Under the pieces are notes generated by a model. That model was not told where the DNA came from. It did no database searches and saw only the letters and a list, made by a program, of their open reading frames with translations. This document shows, piece after piece, positions 17,113 to 26,402 of a stretch of DNA of 32,000 nucleotides. This DNA is from Halomicronema hongdechloris C2206 (GTDB lineage Bacteria; Cyanobacteriota; Cyanobacteriia; Phormidesmidales; Phormidesmidaceae): positions 4,320,001 to 4,352,000 of the forward strand of contig NZ_CP021983.2 of the NCBI RefSeq assembly GCF_002075285.3, in the 5' to 3' direction. How positions within the stretch are numbered: position 1 is the stretch's first letter; each line of letters begins with the position of its first letter. Position numbers and translations under genes: made by a program.

Positions 17113-19458
17113 TAGTGCTTTCCAATGGGCGCGGCGGATGCGATTGACGGTGAGTTGTGCAGGGGAGGCGGAGGCTTGGGGACGATGCTGGGGCCAGAAT
17201 TTACCGCCGAAGTGGGCCAGCTTATCGCTGAGTTCCTTCTTCAAATAGGCGATCTGGTCATGGCGATCCATCTGCTCTAGATTGCTGAGTTTGACCGCGA
17301 TGCGATCGCGCCAGCTGGGAGATCCCGACGCCAGGCTCTGGGGTCCTTGCCGATCCAGAATGGCCACTAGGCCCACTGGCAACCCCTGGGCCCAGAGTTG
17401 CTGGGCCATTTCGAAGGCCACCATGCTGCCGAAGGAATGGCCCCCCAACAGGTAGGGTCCCTGGGGCTGTACGGCTCGAATCACCTCGATATAGGCGGCA
17501 GCCATGGCTTCGATGCTGTCGTAGGGGAGATCTTCACCATTGAGACCCTGAGCCTGGAGCCCATAGACTGGATACTCTGGGCCTAAATATTGGGCTAGCT
17601 GACGAAAGTACAGCACATTGCCGCCAAGCCCATGGACACAGAAAAAGGGAGGGGGGTCACCATGGGGCTGCAGAGGAACTAGGGTGGCCCAGGAAATGGC
17701 GGCGTCTTGGCGCTGCAGCACTCGGGCTAACTGCTGAATTGTGGGGGCCTGGAGCAAGGTGGCCAGGGGTAAGCGCACCTGGAATTGCTCTTCGATGCCG
17801 CTAAATAATTGCAGTGCTTGTAGGGAGGTGCCCCCTAGGTCGAAGAAGTTGTCGGTGACGCCGAGGGTTGGCTGGTTGAGTACGGCTGTCCAGAGATGTA
17901 ATAAGTGATTCTCTAGAGGGGTCTGCGGACTAATTAAGGCTGATGGGGCCAGTTTTGTCGATGGCTGGATGTGGGAAGCGAGGGGGGGTATGGGAAGGCG
18001 CTCAATAGGTTGCTCCAGATCCTGTGCGATCGCATCCAGGCAATGCTCGTAGGTTTGCAGTAGAGTAGCAATGGTATCCGAGTGAAATTGACTCTGACGA
18101 TACTCTAACCGGGCCACAAAAGTGTCTTGCCGTTGCTGCCAGAAGCAGGATAGGTCGAAATCGGTGGTCTGTTTAGGCAAGTGCAGAGGATAAACCGTTG
18201 CATTTGGTAGTTGCAACTGCCCCTGCCGGGCATCTAATAGGGCAAATAAGACCCGTGATAAGGCACTCGCGGTTACCCCTGACAACTCGCCTAATCGCTG
18301 AAAGGGGGCATCTTGATGCTCCAGAGCCGAGAGAACGACCTCTTTGACACATATCAATAACTGCTTAAAGCTGGGGAAATTGGAGAGGTCGCAGCGCAGC
18401 GGCACAATGTTGTTAAAATACCCCACGAGGGATTGTATTTCTGGCCGGTTACGGCCTGCAACCGGGGTACAGACCACCACATCTTCCTGCCCACCATAGC
18501 GATGAACCGTGGCCACAAAGGCAGCCAGTAAAACCGTGAAGGGAGTCGTGTGCAACTGAGCGGCTACCTGACTAATGGTGCTAGATAGTTGGGACGAAAG
18601 CACCAGAGTTTGGTCAGCGGCCCGATAATCAACCGGATTTGAGGTCAGAGCGTCTACCGGCAACTGCAGGGGAGCACACTTGGCCAACTGGTTCTGCCAA
18701 TAGGTCAGGTGAGGGACTAAAATGGCGTCTTGGAGCCATCGTCGCTGCCACAGCGCAAAATCAGCATATTGAATCGGTAGTGGTGACCAGGGAAGCGGCT
18801 GTCGAGTCTGAATAGCCTGATAAGCCATTCCTAAATCCCCCCAGAAAATGCCCTCTGAATGCCCATCAAATACTAGATGATGAATCCCCAAGCCCAGGAT
18901 GTAAGTATGCTCATCCAGCCGGAGCACAATTCCCCTGAGCAAGGGCGCATGGGTCAGGTCGAAGGGAGCATTTACGGCATTCTGAAGTATCTGCAGAGCC
19001 TGATGCTGACGGTCTTGAGCTGGCACAGATCGTAGGTCCAACTGAGTCAATGGGACTGCCACCTCGGCTTCAATCGCCTGCACCGGTTGACCATCAACCA
19101 CCCTAAAGGCCGTTCGTAGGGCCTCATGGCGGTTAATTACTGCGGCTAAACTGTGTTCTAGGATGTGGGGGTCGAAGTTGCCCCGAACTTGGAAGCCATA
19201 GGTAATCGTGTGAGCCCCTGGCCTCAGCGCTTCTAGGAACCACAAACGCTCTTGGGAAAAGGACAAGGGTAATCGCTGCTGGCGAGAGACTGGAGCTAAG
19301 GGGGGCGCCTGATTCTGGGCTGCCATGACTGCTTGAATCGCTTGCCAGAAGTCATGCTCAGGTTTTTCCGGTTGCCCTCTAGACACCTCATCAGGGATTG
19401 GAGCGCCCTCTGAGGATAGGGAAAAAGCGTGGGAATCGGATTGTTCTGATAACCCCAT
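17110..19458 (-). CDS. NRPS-like condensation - peptidyl carrier - thioesterase protein (no adenylation domain), 3'-truncated by IS630 insertion
   Basis: C-domain active site HHLVFDGHS, carrier motif LGGTSLQAL, and TE nucleophile GHSFGSMVAFE. The current stop TAG (17110-17112) is supplied by the IS terminus. Confidence 0.85.
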   Translation of the reverse strand: MGLSEQSDSHAFSLSSEGAPIPDEVSRGQPEKPEHDFWQAIQAVMAAQNQAPPLAPVSRQQRLPLSFSQERLWFLEALRPGAHTITYGFQVRGNFDPHILEHSLAAVINRHEALRTAFRVVDGQPVQAIEAEVAVPLTQLDLRSVPAQDRQHQALQILQNAVNAPFDLTHAPLLRGIVLRLDEHTYILGLGIHHLVFDGHSEGIFWGDLGMAYQAIQTRQPLPWSPLPIQYADFALWQRRWLQDAILVPHLTYWQNQLAKCAPLQLPVDALTSNPVDYRAADQTLVLSSQLSSTISQVAAQLHTTPFTVLLAAFVATVHRYGGQEDVVVCTPVAGRNRPEIQSLVGYFNNIVPLRCDLSNFPSFKQLLICVKEVVLSALEHQDAPFQRLGELSGVTASALSRVLFALLDARQGQLQLPNATVYPLHLPKQTTDFDLSCFWQQRQDTFVARLEYRQSQFHSDTIATLLQTYEHCLDAIAQDLEQPIERLPIPPLASHIQPSTKLAPSALISPQTPLENHLLHLWTAVLNQPTLGVTDNFFDLGGTSLQALQLFSGIEEQFQVRLPLATLLQAPTIQQLARVLQRQDAAISWATLVPLQPHGDPPPFFCVHGLGGNVLYFRQLAQYLGPEYPVYGLQAQGLNGEDLPYDSIEAMAAAYIEVIRAVQPQGPYLLGGHSFGSMVAFEMAQQLWAQGLPVGLVAILDRQGPQSLASGSPSWRDRIAVKLSNLEQMDRHDQIAYLKKELSDKLAHFGGKFWPQHRPQASASPAQLTVNRIRRAHWKAL

Positions 19459-19466
19459 GATCTTGC

Positions 19467-19730
19467 CTAAGCATCAACTGGAACACCTTGCTTCTGGCAC
19501 AGTAGGTGCATGATATTGCCTACTGTCTTGAAGTTCTCCAGAGTAATCTCGGTGGCCTCAAACTGCAGATTAAATTCAGTCTGCAAGCTGAAAATCAAGG
19601 TCATAGCGTTGATGGAATCCAGCCCCATTTCAAAGAGATTGCTATCTTCCTTGAGATTTTCCGGGTGGGCATAGGGCAGGATGGACTGAATAACGGCATG
19701 GATCCTTTGAGTAGTTGTATTAGAAGTCAT
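19467..19730 (-). CDS. acyl/aryl carrier protein
   Basis: 87 aa with the phosphopantetheine attachment motif GLDSINAMTL. It lies between the adenylating enzyme and the C-T-TE gene, with gaps of only 6-8 bp. Confidence 0.8.
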   Translation of the reverse strand: MTSNTTTQRIHAVIQSILPYAHPENLKEDSNLFEMGLDSINAMTLIFSLQTEFNLQFEATEITLENFKTVGNIMHLLCQKQGVPVDA

Positions 19731-19736
19731 GACAGA

Positions 19737-21167
19737 TTAAATGAGTTCTTTTCTTAAAATTTTGCCGAGAGGGCTGCGAGGAATCTGATCTCTAAATTCG
19801 ATTATCTTAGGAACTTTAAAGTTTGCCATCTGCTGGTGGCAATAGTCGATCAACTCTGCCGACTCACAATCCATTTGAGGTACTACAACGGCCTTGATGA
19901 CTGCGCCGGCATGGGGATGCTGTTTGCCGACAACTACCACATCTCTAACTTTATGATGTTGACGCAGGACTGTTTCCACTTCTAAGGGATCTACTTTATA
20001 GCCACCGGTATCAATAAAGATACGTTTTCGTCCTTGAATATACAGGTATCCAGCTTCATCTTTTTTGCCGAGATCTCCGGTGAAGAAGTATCCGTTGCGA
20101 AAGGCCCGATTCTCGGCGTCAGAGGCATGGCAATATCCCTTGGCCAGGGTCTCACTCTTGATCGCAACTTCGCCAACTTCACCAGCTGCCATGGGGCGAT
20201 CGGCGTCGTCCATGATGGTGATGTCGACGTTTTCCATGGGGCGGCCAATGGACTCGAGGGTTGCGATGGCCCTGGAGGGCCGATCTAGCCCCTCTGGGGC
20301 GGCTTCGCCAATGACCATCGCATCCTCACCGAGGTTAATGCTGACGGACCCTGCCTCGGTACAGCCGTATAGTTGGCGAATGGGAATGCCAAAACGGTGG
20401 TAGAACTTCTTAAAAATGTCTTGACTGAGGACACTTCCGGCTGAGATACAGAGTCGCAAACTAGAGAAGTTGATGGGGGCATCTTGGGGAGTAGTAGCCA
20501 GCACATTGTAGAGATAGGGCACTCCCGGAAAGATAGAAATCTGCTCGTGCTGGATCAGTTGGGTCACCTCGGCCCGACGAAAAACGAAGGGCACCTCCAC
20601 TAGAGCACCTGCCTTGACACTGGGCTCTAGCATGATCAAAGCGGCCCCGGCGCAGCTGGCCGCGAGCAGACATTCTCCTAAGCCATAGGCATGGTATAGC
20701 GGCACGAAGGCGAGAATACGATCGGTGGCTGTAATGCCCAGGGTGGTAACGCAATTATGGGCTTGATGGTAGAGATTATGCTGCGTGCGACAGAGGCGCT
20801 TTGGCTTGCCGGTGGAACCAGAGGTGTACTGGTAAACTACGGGGCCAGCAAATGAGTCAGAGGGTGACGTTGGGCTGAAATTGGAATCCTGCAGGTAAGG
20901 TGTAGGTTTGCCGATCTCAGCCTCTGAGCCTTGATCGCTGGCGAGATGGGACACCACCATCACCTGAATGGCCATGTCTAAGTCGTGAATCACACGACGA
21001 CAGAGATCGGCGTGGAAGGCATCGGTGATTATCAGCTGAGGGCGGCTGTCGGCCAGGCAGTGGCCTAACTCGCTGGGCTTCGAGCTGGGGTTTAAGAGCA
21101 GTGCGATCGCATGTAGCTGGGCCACTGCAAAAAAGCTGGCCACAAACTCGGGGCAGTTTGGCAGCAC
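19737..21167 (-). CDS. AMP-dependent acyl/aryl adenylating enzyme (ANL superfamily), 5'-truncated by IS5 insertion
   Basis: Motifs YTSGSTGKPKR, GYFFTGDLG, GRKRIFIDTGGYKV and PRSPLGKILRKEL. The open frame continues upstream to the IS boundary at 21206-21210 with no plausible native start. Confidence 0.85.
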   Translation of the reverse strand: MLPNCPEFVASFFAVAQLHAIALLLNPSSKPSELGHCLADSRPQLIITDAFHADLCRRVIHDLDMAIQVMVVSHLASDQGSEAEIGKPTPYLQDSNFSPTSPSDSFAGPVVYQYTSGSTGKPKRLCRTQHNLYHQAHNCVTTLGITATDRILAFVPLYHAYGLGECLLAASCAGAALIMLEPSVKAGALVEVPFVFRRAEVTQLIQHEQISIFPGVPYLYNVLATTPQDAPINFSSLRLCISAGSVLSQDIFKKFYHRFGIPIRQLYGCTEAGSVSINLGEDAMVIGEAAPEGLDRPSRAIATLESIGRPMENVDITIMDDADRPMAAGEVGEVAIKSETLAKGYCHASDAENRAFRNGYFFTGDLGKKDEAGYLYIQGRKRIFIDTGGYKVDPLEVETVLRQHHKVRDVVVVGKQHPHAGAVIKAVVVPQMDCESAELIDYCHQQMANFKVPKIIEFRDQIPRSPLGKILRKELI

Positions 21168-21210
21168 TAAGGCTACACAACTACCTGGCTCTACCTGCCG
21201 AGAATCTAAG

Positions 21211-22496
21211 GGGGACCTCGATTAATCAGTTTTCTTTAGCTAATGGCGTCTCATTTGAGACCGTCAAGGTGACTCAAAGAGAGTCCGAGACATTCCACCG
21301 AAAAAAGCTTCCCATTTTGACAAAAAAATAGGGTTGGAAGACCACGTTTAAGTCGATTTCCCGGCTTTAGGTCCGATTATCTTGCCAGTTCAGCCGATGC
21401 AGCACGTTGGGTTTCGAGACACACAAACCGCTTCAGGTTATACACCAGATTTTTCAGACCTAGCTGGGTCTGGGCACGGGCTAACCCGATGCTGCGCACC
21501 ACCTTGCCACCCATGCTGGTGACGACATCTCCGAAGATGTGCTCCACTCTGGCACGGGTTTTGGAGCGCTCTCGATTCGCGGTTTTCTGGGCCTCGCTTA
21601 AGGGGCGATTGCGATAGGCCCGTTCATTTATATGCGGCTCAAACCCTATCAATTTCAGCACCTCGACAATCAGCACGGAGAGATACGCACTATCGGCCCA
21701 AAGTCCATCGCCGCTATTATCCGCATCGAGCAACTCGCCCAAGACCTGCGAGTCATGGACCGACGCATCGGTGACGCTGTAACGGCGAATGAGCTTAAAG
21801 CCGGCATCACTATTGATGTGGTTTTTGTAGCCGTAGTGGGACGTTCCATTTTTCTTCGTCCATCGGGCGTCAACATCTTTTTGCGCGAGCTGATGAGGGG
21901 TCTCTTGCCACTCAACGGGAACCTCACCCTGCTTGAGGGTTTGGTTCTCCTCACGGGTGTTGCGTTGTTTGGGAACTGGAATCAAGGTCGCATCCACAAT
22001 TTGCCCATCCTTGGCGGCATAGCCTGCCCCTTGCAGATAGGCTCCAAACTGCTCGAACAACGCCTCCACCAAGCCGTGCTGCTGCAACTGTTCTCGGAAG
22101 AGCCACACCGTCGTTGCATCCGGGACTCTATCCTCAAGCCCCAAACCGAGAAATTGCATGAAGGACAGTCGGTCGTTGACCTGATATTCCAGTTCGTCAT
22201 CGCTGATGTTGTATAGCTTTTGCAGCACCAGCATCTTGAAGAGTAACAGGACATCGGTGGGGTTACGACCGGCCTGGCTTTTGCGCGGTTTCTCTCGAAT
22301 CTGCATCAGAATCGGACGAAAGGTCTCCCACGGCACCAGTTGATTCAACCGATTCAGTACCGCCTTCTTTTGCTCCAGTTTTTGCTGGCGCTCTTCGATA
22401 TCCCAGAATCCCTGCTGTCCCATGGCCTGCGTGCTTCAACAAAACCGACCTTATGATCTCATACTGAGATCGCTCTGGCTATTTTTCGAGGTGCCC
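21211..22496 (-). mobile_element. IS5-family insertion sequence (about 1.29 kb) with 4-bp target duplication
   Basis: Ends are GGGGACCTCGATTAAT... and the reverse complement GGGCACCTCGAAAAAT. They are flanked by TAAG at 21207-21210 and 22497-22500; the register is ambiguous with CTAA, a YTAR-type IS5 target. Confidence 0.8.
21377..22423 (-). CDS. IS5-family DDE transposase
   Basis: 348 aa. The N-terminal region LLFKMLVLQKLYNISDDELEYQVNDRLSFMQFLGL is typical of the InsH-like N-terminal domain. Then DATLIP..., ...WADSAYLS... and a C-terminal RARVEHIFG block. Confidence 0.85.
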   Translation of the reverse strand: MGQQGFWDIEERQQKLEQKKAVLNRLNQLVPWETFRPILMQIREKPRKSQAGRNPTDVLLLFKMLVLQKLYNISDDELEYQVNDRLSFMQFLGLGLEDRVPDATTVWLFREQLQQHGLVEALFEQFGAYLQGAGYAAKDGQIVDATLIPVPKQRNTREENQTLKQGEVPVEWQETPHQLAQKDVDARWTKKNGTSHYGYKNHINSDAGFKLIRRYSVTDASVHDSQVLGELLDADNSGDGLWADSAYLSVLIVEVLKLIGFEPHINERAYRNRPLSEAQKTANRERSKTRARVEHIFGDVVTSMGGKVVRSIGLARAQTQLGLKNLVYNLKRFVCLETQRAASAELAR

Positions 22497-22625
22497 TAAG
22501 GTATCCTTGAGTTCATTCACCCGCTGCAGTAGTTGGCTGTAAGTGAGTCGCCGTTGCCCATAGACCACGGCTAGTGTCTCGCCATGGTGTTTGACGGTGT
22601 GGTGAAGCATGGAGGTCAGCATCAT
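22497..22625 (-). pseudogene. detached 5' fragment (first 43 codons) of the adenylating-enzyme gene
   Basis: AGGAAcct-ATGATG start. It reads MMLTSMLHHTVKHHGETLAVVYGQRRLTYSQLLQRVNELKDTL, a typical ANL N-terminus. It ends exactly at the IS5 duplication and joins 21206 in frame. Confidence 0.75.
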
Positions 22626-22825
22626 AGGTTCCTACTGAGAAGACCAATCAGTGTCTTGAGGGCATGGCTCAGGACGTCTGGACGCTTAAGAGCTAATTTG
22701 CAAAGGAAATCTTAAAGAGCCGTCAAGGCAAGTGTTCTCAAGGCTTCTAGCGATCTTGCCGGAGTGTTCGCGGTGTTTCTGAAAACCTTGCTCTGACTAC
22801 TATTTAGGCGGTTTGCAAATCACCT

Positions 22826-23821
22826 CTAACAGCGGTCTGAGATGATGGCTTCGATTTCGATATTCAGTTCTGAACGACAAATATCAGATTGTAAATACAG
22901 CACCCGATCGTCTTCCCTAAGTCCAATCATTTGAGAGAATAAGCTCTGGATGTAGTCGGTATCTTCTAAGTGCCTGATATAGACCTTGAAAAAGCGCTCA
23001 TAATCATCACCATTGGGGAAAAAACTCCCATAGCTGTGGCGCTCACTGACAAATCCCATGGATTCAAAAATTAGGCTCATATTATCCAGGGTGGTATACA
23101 GCTGATCTGCAGTATCTTCTAGGGTTACGGATTGATGGCCCTTAATACTTGCCGTACCGGACAAATATCCCACCCGTTTACTGGCAACATCAACACAGGT
23201 ACCTCGAGCGAAGCTAGGGGGTCTAGGACCATAGCATCGAGGATATTGGTAGGCAGATACTTGCTCCGGATTTTCAATGTGCATCCCTGGCGTTTTGCCG
23301 GCGAGGAAATACATTACTAATTTAGTATCGTTGATACCGACAGCCGACGCTGCTGGCAATTTGCGGCTAAAATTGCTGCCCAGAAAATGCTCGAAGGCTA
23401 GGGAGCGACCCTTGCAAAAGGATCGATAGTTTTCGATACCTTGGGTTTCTCGATTGATAAAAGGCACATAGTGCCAAATACGGTACAGATGCCAATTTTG
23501 GGTGATGTCTAGAAAGCTTAGATAGGCATCGTAAACATCTCGTTCTAAAGGGAAGGTGGCATCTAGGACAATTCCTCCCGCCAAATGGTCTTCACCCTCG
23601 AGCAAGCAAAAGCCATTCTTCAGAGAAACCCTGCCGGGGATATCAGTAACACTTTCCTGGATTTGACGGCCAAGCGCAGGGATTTTCATATCTATTGTCA
23701 GGCCCCTATTGCTCCAGGATAGCCCAGTGCTTTTTTGATTAAATTGGACTGCCAAACCGTAATTACGATCATCTAATCGTCGAGAATCTGATTCATAAAA
23801 CAGTTGAGTTGACATTATCAT
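22826..23821 (-). CDS. FkbO/Hyg5/XanB2-like chorismatase (chorismate-transforming enzyme, hydroxybenzoate-forming family)
   Basis: 331 aa with LYRIWHYVPFINRETQGIENYRSFCKGR and ENPEQVSAYQYPRCYGPRPPSFARGT. From memory these match the conserved blocks of FkbO/Hyg5-family chorismatases. This is an eye-level assignment that needs an HMM check. Confidence 0.6.
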   Translation of the reverse strand: MIMSTQLFYESDSRRLDDRNYGLAVQFNQKSTGLSWSNRGLTIDMKIPALGRQIQESVTDIPGRVSLKNGFCLLEGEDHLAGGIVLDATFPLERDVYDAYLSFLDITQNWHLYRIWHYVPFINRETQGIENYRSFCKGRSLAFEHFLGSNFSRKLPAASAVGINDTKLVMYFLAGKTPGMHIENPEQVSAYQYPRCYGPRPPSFARGTCVDVASKRVGYLSGTASIKGHQSVTLEDTADQLYTTLDNMSLIFESMGFVSERHSYGSFFPNGDDYERFFKVYIRHLEDTDYIQSLFSQMIGLREDDRVLYLQSDICRSELNIEIEAIISDRC

Positions 23822-23892
23822 GATTCACTATTGATCAAAAGATATGAGTCACTTGCACAACCATGCCATGCCCTTAGCCATCGCATACATAC

Positions 23893-23914
23893 TATCCTCA
23901 CAGAGCTGAGGATA
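23893..23914. promoter_or_regulatory. 8-bp inverted repeat TATCCTCA-N6-TGAGGATA upstream of the chorismatase-like gene
   Basis: Perfect palindromic arms 72-93 bp upstream of ATG 23821, inside a 565-bp AT-rich spacer with no ORFs. Confidence 0.25.
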
Positions 23915-24386
23915 AGGGAGTAGACTTCATTGGGGATCATCTTTATTGGGGACTATTTAGAAAATCAGTATTGCCAGGCCCAAGGATCGTAAAAAATCGG
24001 GGCCACTTCAAACTAAACGACAATCTGAAACTTTATTTGGGTCAGAGCTTTATATTTAAGGCTGATCTGCCTCAGGCTGATTAGATTAAGTAAACAATTT
24101 TAGAGGTTTGGCACCTTGCCTTGCCTCATTGAAATCCAATCTCAGGCTGCCTTCAAGTCTTATCCGGAAACTTTACGAGGCCTTTACTAGGAATTAACTT
24201 TGGAGTTTTTTCTGAGTGGAAAACAGTCAGTCTGAGCATTGCTCGGCAAGAATGTCGCCTCCAGATCAGAATCGATGGCTGGCGGCCAGCGAACTCCGAT
24301 TTGGCTCTAGGCAAGGGTTGCCTAAGCAGAGAACCATGGCCACCAGTAGAGAGGCGGCGGCAGATTTCAGGGTTGGCCACGGTGTA

Positions 24387-25079
24387 CTAGGGGCTGGCAA
24401 GGCGAGCCACATAACGCTGCACCAGGCTGTCGATGCCAGTAATGGCGGTGCCCACAACGACGGCGTAGGCGCCCAGGTTAATGGCACGCCGGGCCATCTC
24501 CGGCGACGCCAGCCCCCCTTCACAGAGAATCGGCACCGACAGCTGCTCCACTAGGTGACTTAACAAGGTGAAGTTTGGCGGGGTCAGATGGCGTGTGGCG
24601 TCGGTGTAGCCAGATAAGGTGGTGCCAATCAGGTCGGCCCCAGCCCTAGAAGCTGCGATCGCAGCTTCTAGCGTATCCACATCGGCCATGACCGGTCGCT
24701 GTAGTTCCTCATGGATACGACGAATTAGCCCCGATACAGTGTCAGGGCCATGACGAGGGCGCTGGGTGGCATCGATGGCAATGATGTCGGCCCCGGCCTC
24801 TGCCACGGCGATAGCATGGTGAAATTGGGGCGTAATGTAAACCTCTATGCCCGGCATGGTGCGTTTCCAGAGGCCAATGATCGGGGCCTCGATTCGGGCC
24901 CGCACGGCTCGAATATGGGCAGGGCTGTCGATGCGCACTCCCGCTGCTGCCTGATTCACTGCTGCCTCAGCCATGGCTGCAATCACCTCTGGATGATGCA
25001 GGGGAGAGAAGGGGGGAGCCTGACAGGAGACGATTAAGCCCCTGCGTAGGGCTGCTAGGACATCATTGGCCGCTGCCAT
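24387..25079 (-). CDS. nanE: putative N-acetylmannosamine-6-phosphate 2-epimerase
   Basis: 230 aa TIM-barrel pattern: LIVSCQA...GVRIDSPAHIRAVR...PIIGLWKR...YITP...AGADIIAIDAT.RPR...GTTLSGYT. Confidence 0.8.
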   Translation of the reverse strand: MAAANDVLAALRRGLIVSCQAPPFSPLHHPEVIAAMAEAAVNQAAAGVRIDSPAHIRAVRARIEAPIIGLWKRTMPGIEVYITPQFHHAIAVAEAGADIIAIDATQRPRHGPDTVSGLIRRIHEELQRPVMADVDTLEAAIAASRAGADLIGTTLSGYTDATRHLTPPNFTLLSHLVEQLSVPILCEGGLASPEMARRAINLGAYAVVVGTAITGIDSLVQRYVARLASP

Positions 25080-25188
25080 GGGTTCTTATATCGATTGCCA
25101 GCTCTGGAAATACGGTCAGCACCTACCTTACGGCGATCCCTGTCGAAATTATGCCATCGTCGATGGACCCATTCCGGGGGGATAGGGT

Positions 25189-26301
25189 GTGGCAGATGTC
25201 CATGGCATAATGAGCCGTCTATGCACTTCACCGATTTTGAATATGACTGCGGCCCATCCCTTTACTGCTGACCTGACTCAACGGGGCTTAGACCCTTCAT
25301 CAGACCTCGAGTTTCAGCTTCCAGATCCTGAAGACGAGGGCATCTCGGAGCCAGAGTTTCGGCATCAGATCGAAACGGCTTGGCAGGTATGCGATCGCTT
25401 CGACCTGCAGACAGACATCTGGCGCGGTCGGATTTTGCGGGCGGTGCGCGATCGAGAAAAACGAGGCGGCGATGGTCGTGGCACCGGCTTTTTGAACTGG
25501 CTGAAGGAGCGCGAGATCACCAAGAGCCAGGCCTACAGCCTGATCGAGCTGGCCGACAGTGCCGACACCCTGTTGCAGGAGGGGTTGCTGGAAACCAAAG
25601 ATGTGAATCAATTCAGCAAGCGGGCCTTCGTGGAGACCGCTCAGTCGGCCCCAGAGGTGCAACACTTGGTCAGTGATGTGGCTCGGCGGGGGGATCGTGT
25701 GACCCGGCGGGAGGTGAAGCAGTTAGCCGATGAGTGGATGGCCATGTCGTCTGAGCTCTTACCCCAAGAAGTGCGAGAGAAGACAGCCAACAATACCATC
25801 CCGACTCGCTATGTGGCTCCGTTGGTACGGGAGTTAGAAAAATTGCCCGACCCCCATCAACAAACCCTACAAACCGAGGTGGCCCTCACCCCTGACTTGG
25901 ATACGGTCAAGCAGGTGACCTCAGAGGCCCGCTATCTGGCCAAGTACCTGGACTCTGCCACCCATGTGCAGGCCCTCAACACTGATGCCCTCGATCTAGA
26001 AATGGCCTTGGAAGAGGCGTTGCGGGTGGGCTGCCTCAATGCCACCGCCGATATGGTGAAACAGGCGGCTCAGTTGGAGCAGGCTGCCGCTAAGCTCTAC
26101 ACGGCCTGGAAGCGGCTGAATCAGCTGACGGAGCGGGTCTTTGTCGACAGTGGTGCCAGTACTCCCCACTTGCGATCGCTGCTCGATCACCTGGGTCCCC
26201 TGACCAGTTCCCTAATTGAAGTGAGCCTAGGGGAACCAGAGAGCCCCCTAGCTCAGCTGATCCGCCTGAAGATTCTCTCAGGCGATAGCGATGGGAGCTA
26301 G
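25189..26301 (+). CDS. hypothetical protein (conserved-looking, helical; possible HTH segment)
   Basis: A 370-codon ORF with coding-like composition and no family I can name. The start is uncertain: GTG 25189, ATG 25210 or ATG 25243. Confidence 0.55.
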   Translation: MADVHGIMSRLCTSPILNMTAAHPFTADLTQRGLDPSSDLEFQLPDPEDEGISEPEFRHQIETAWQVCDRFDLQTDIWRGRILRAVRDREKRGGDGRGTGFLNWLKEREITKSQAYSLIELADSADTLLQEGLLETKDVNQFSKRAFVETAQSAPEVQHLVSDVARRGDRVTRREVKQLADEWMAMSSELLPQEVREKTANNTIPTRYVAPLVRELEKLPDPHQQTLQTEVALTPDLDTVKQVTSEARYLAKYLDSATHVQALNTDALDLEMALEEALRVGCLNATADMVKQAAQLEQAAAKLYTAWKRLNQLTERVFVDSGASTPHLRSLLDHLGPLTSSLIEVSLGEPESPLAQLIRLKILSGDSDGS

Positions 26302-26402
26302 TCTGCCAAGCTAGAAGTAGGCCAGTAGGAGGCAGAAGGGGAACCCCATAGATTCAGCCTTTCTGCCCTATGCAATATCGGCGTTATTTATGCCGCCCAG
26401 CA

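Noticed and set aside
21101-21331. A 76-aa plus-strand ORF spanning the adenylating-enzyme / IS5 boundary.
   Set aside because: It crosses the IS terminal repeat and target duplication. It is a chance ORF made of two unrelated sequences.
24153-24554. Three ORFs (75, 112 and 85 aa) around the 3' end of nanE.
   Set aside because: They overlap each other and the nanE C-terminus in alternative frames and have Arg/Pro/Trp-rich compositions typical of off-frame GC-rich sequence.
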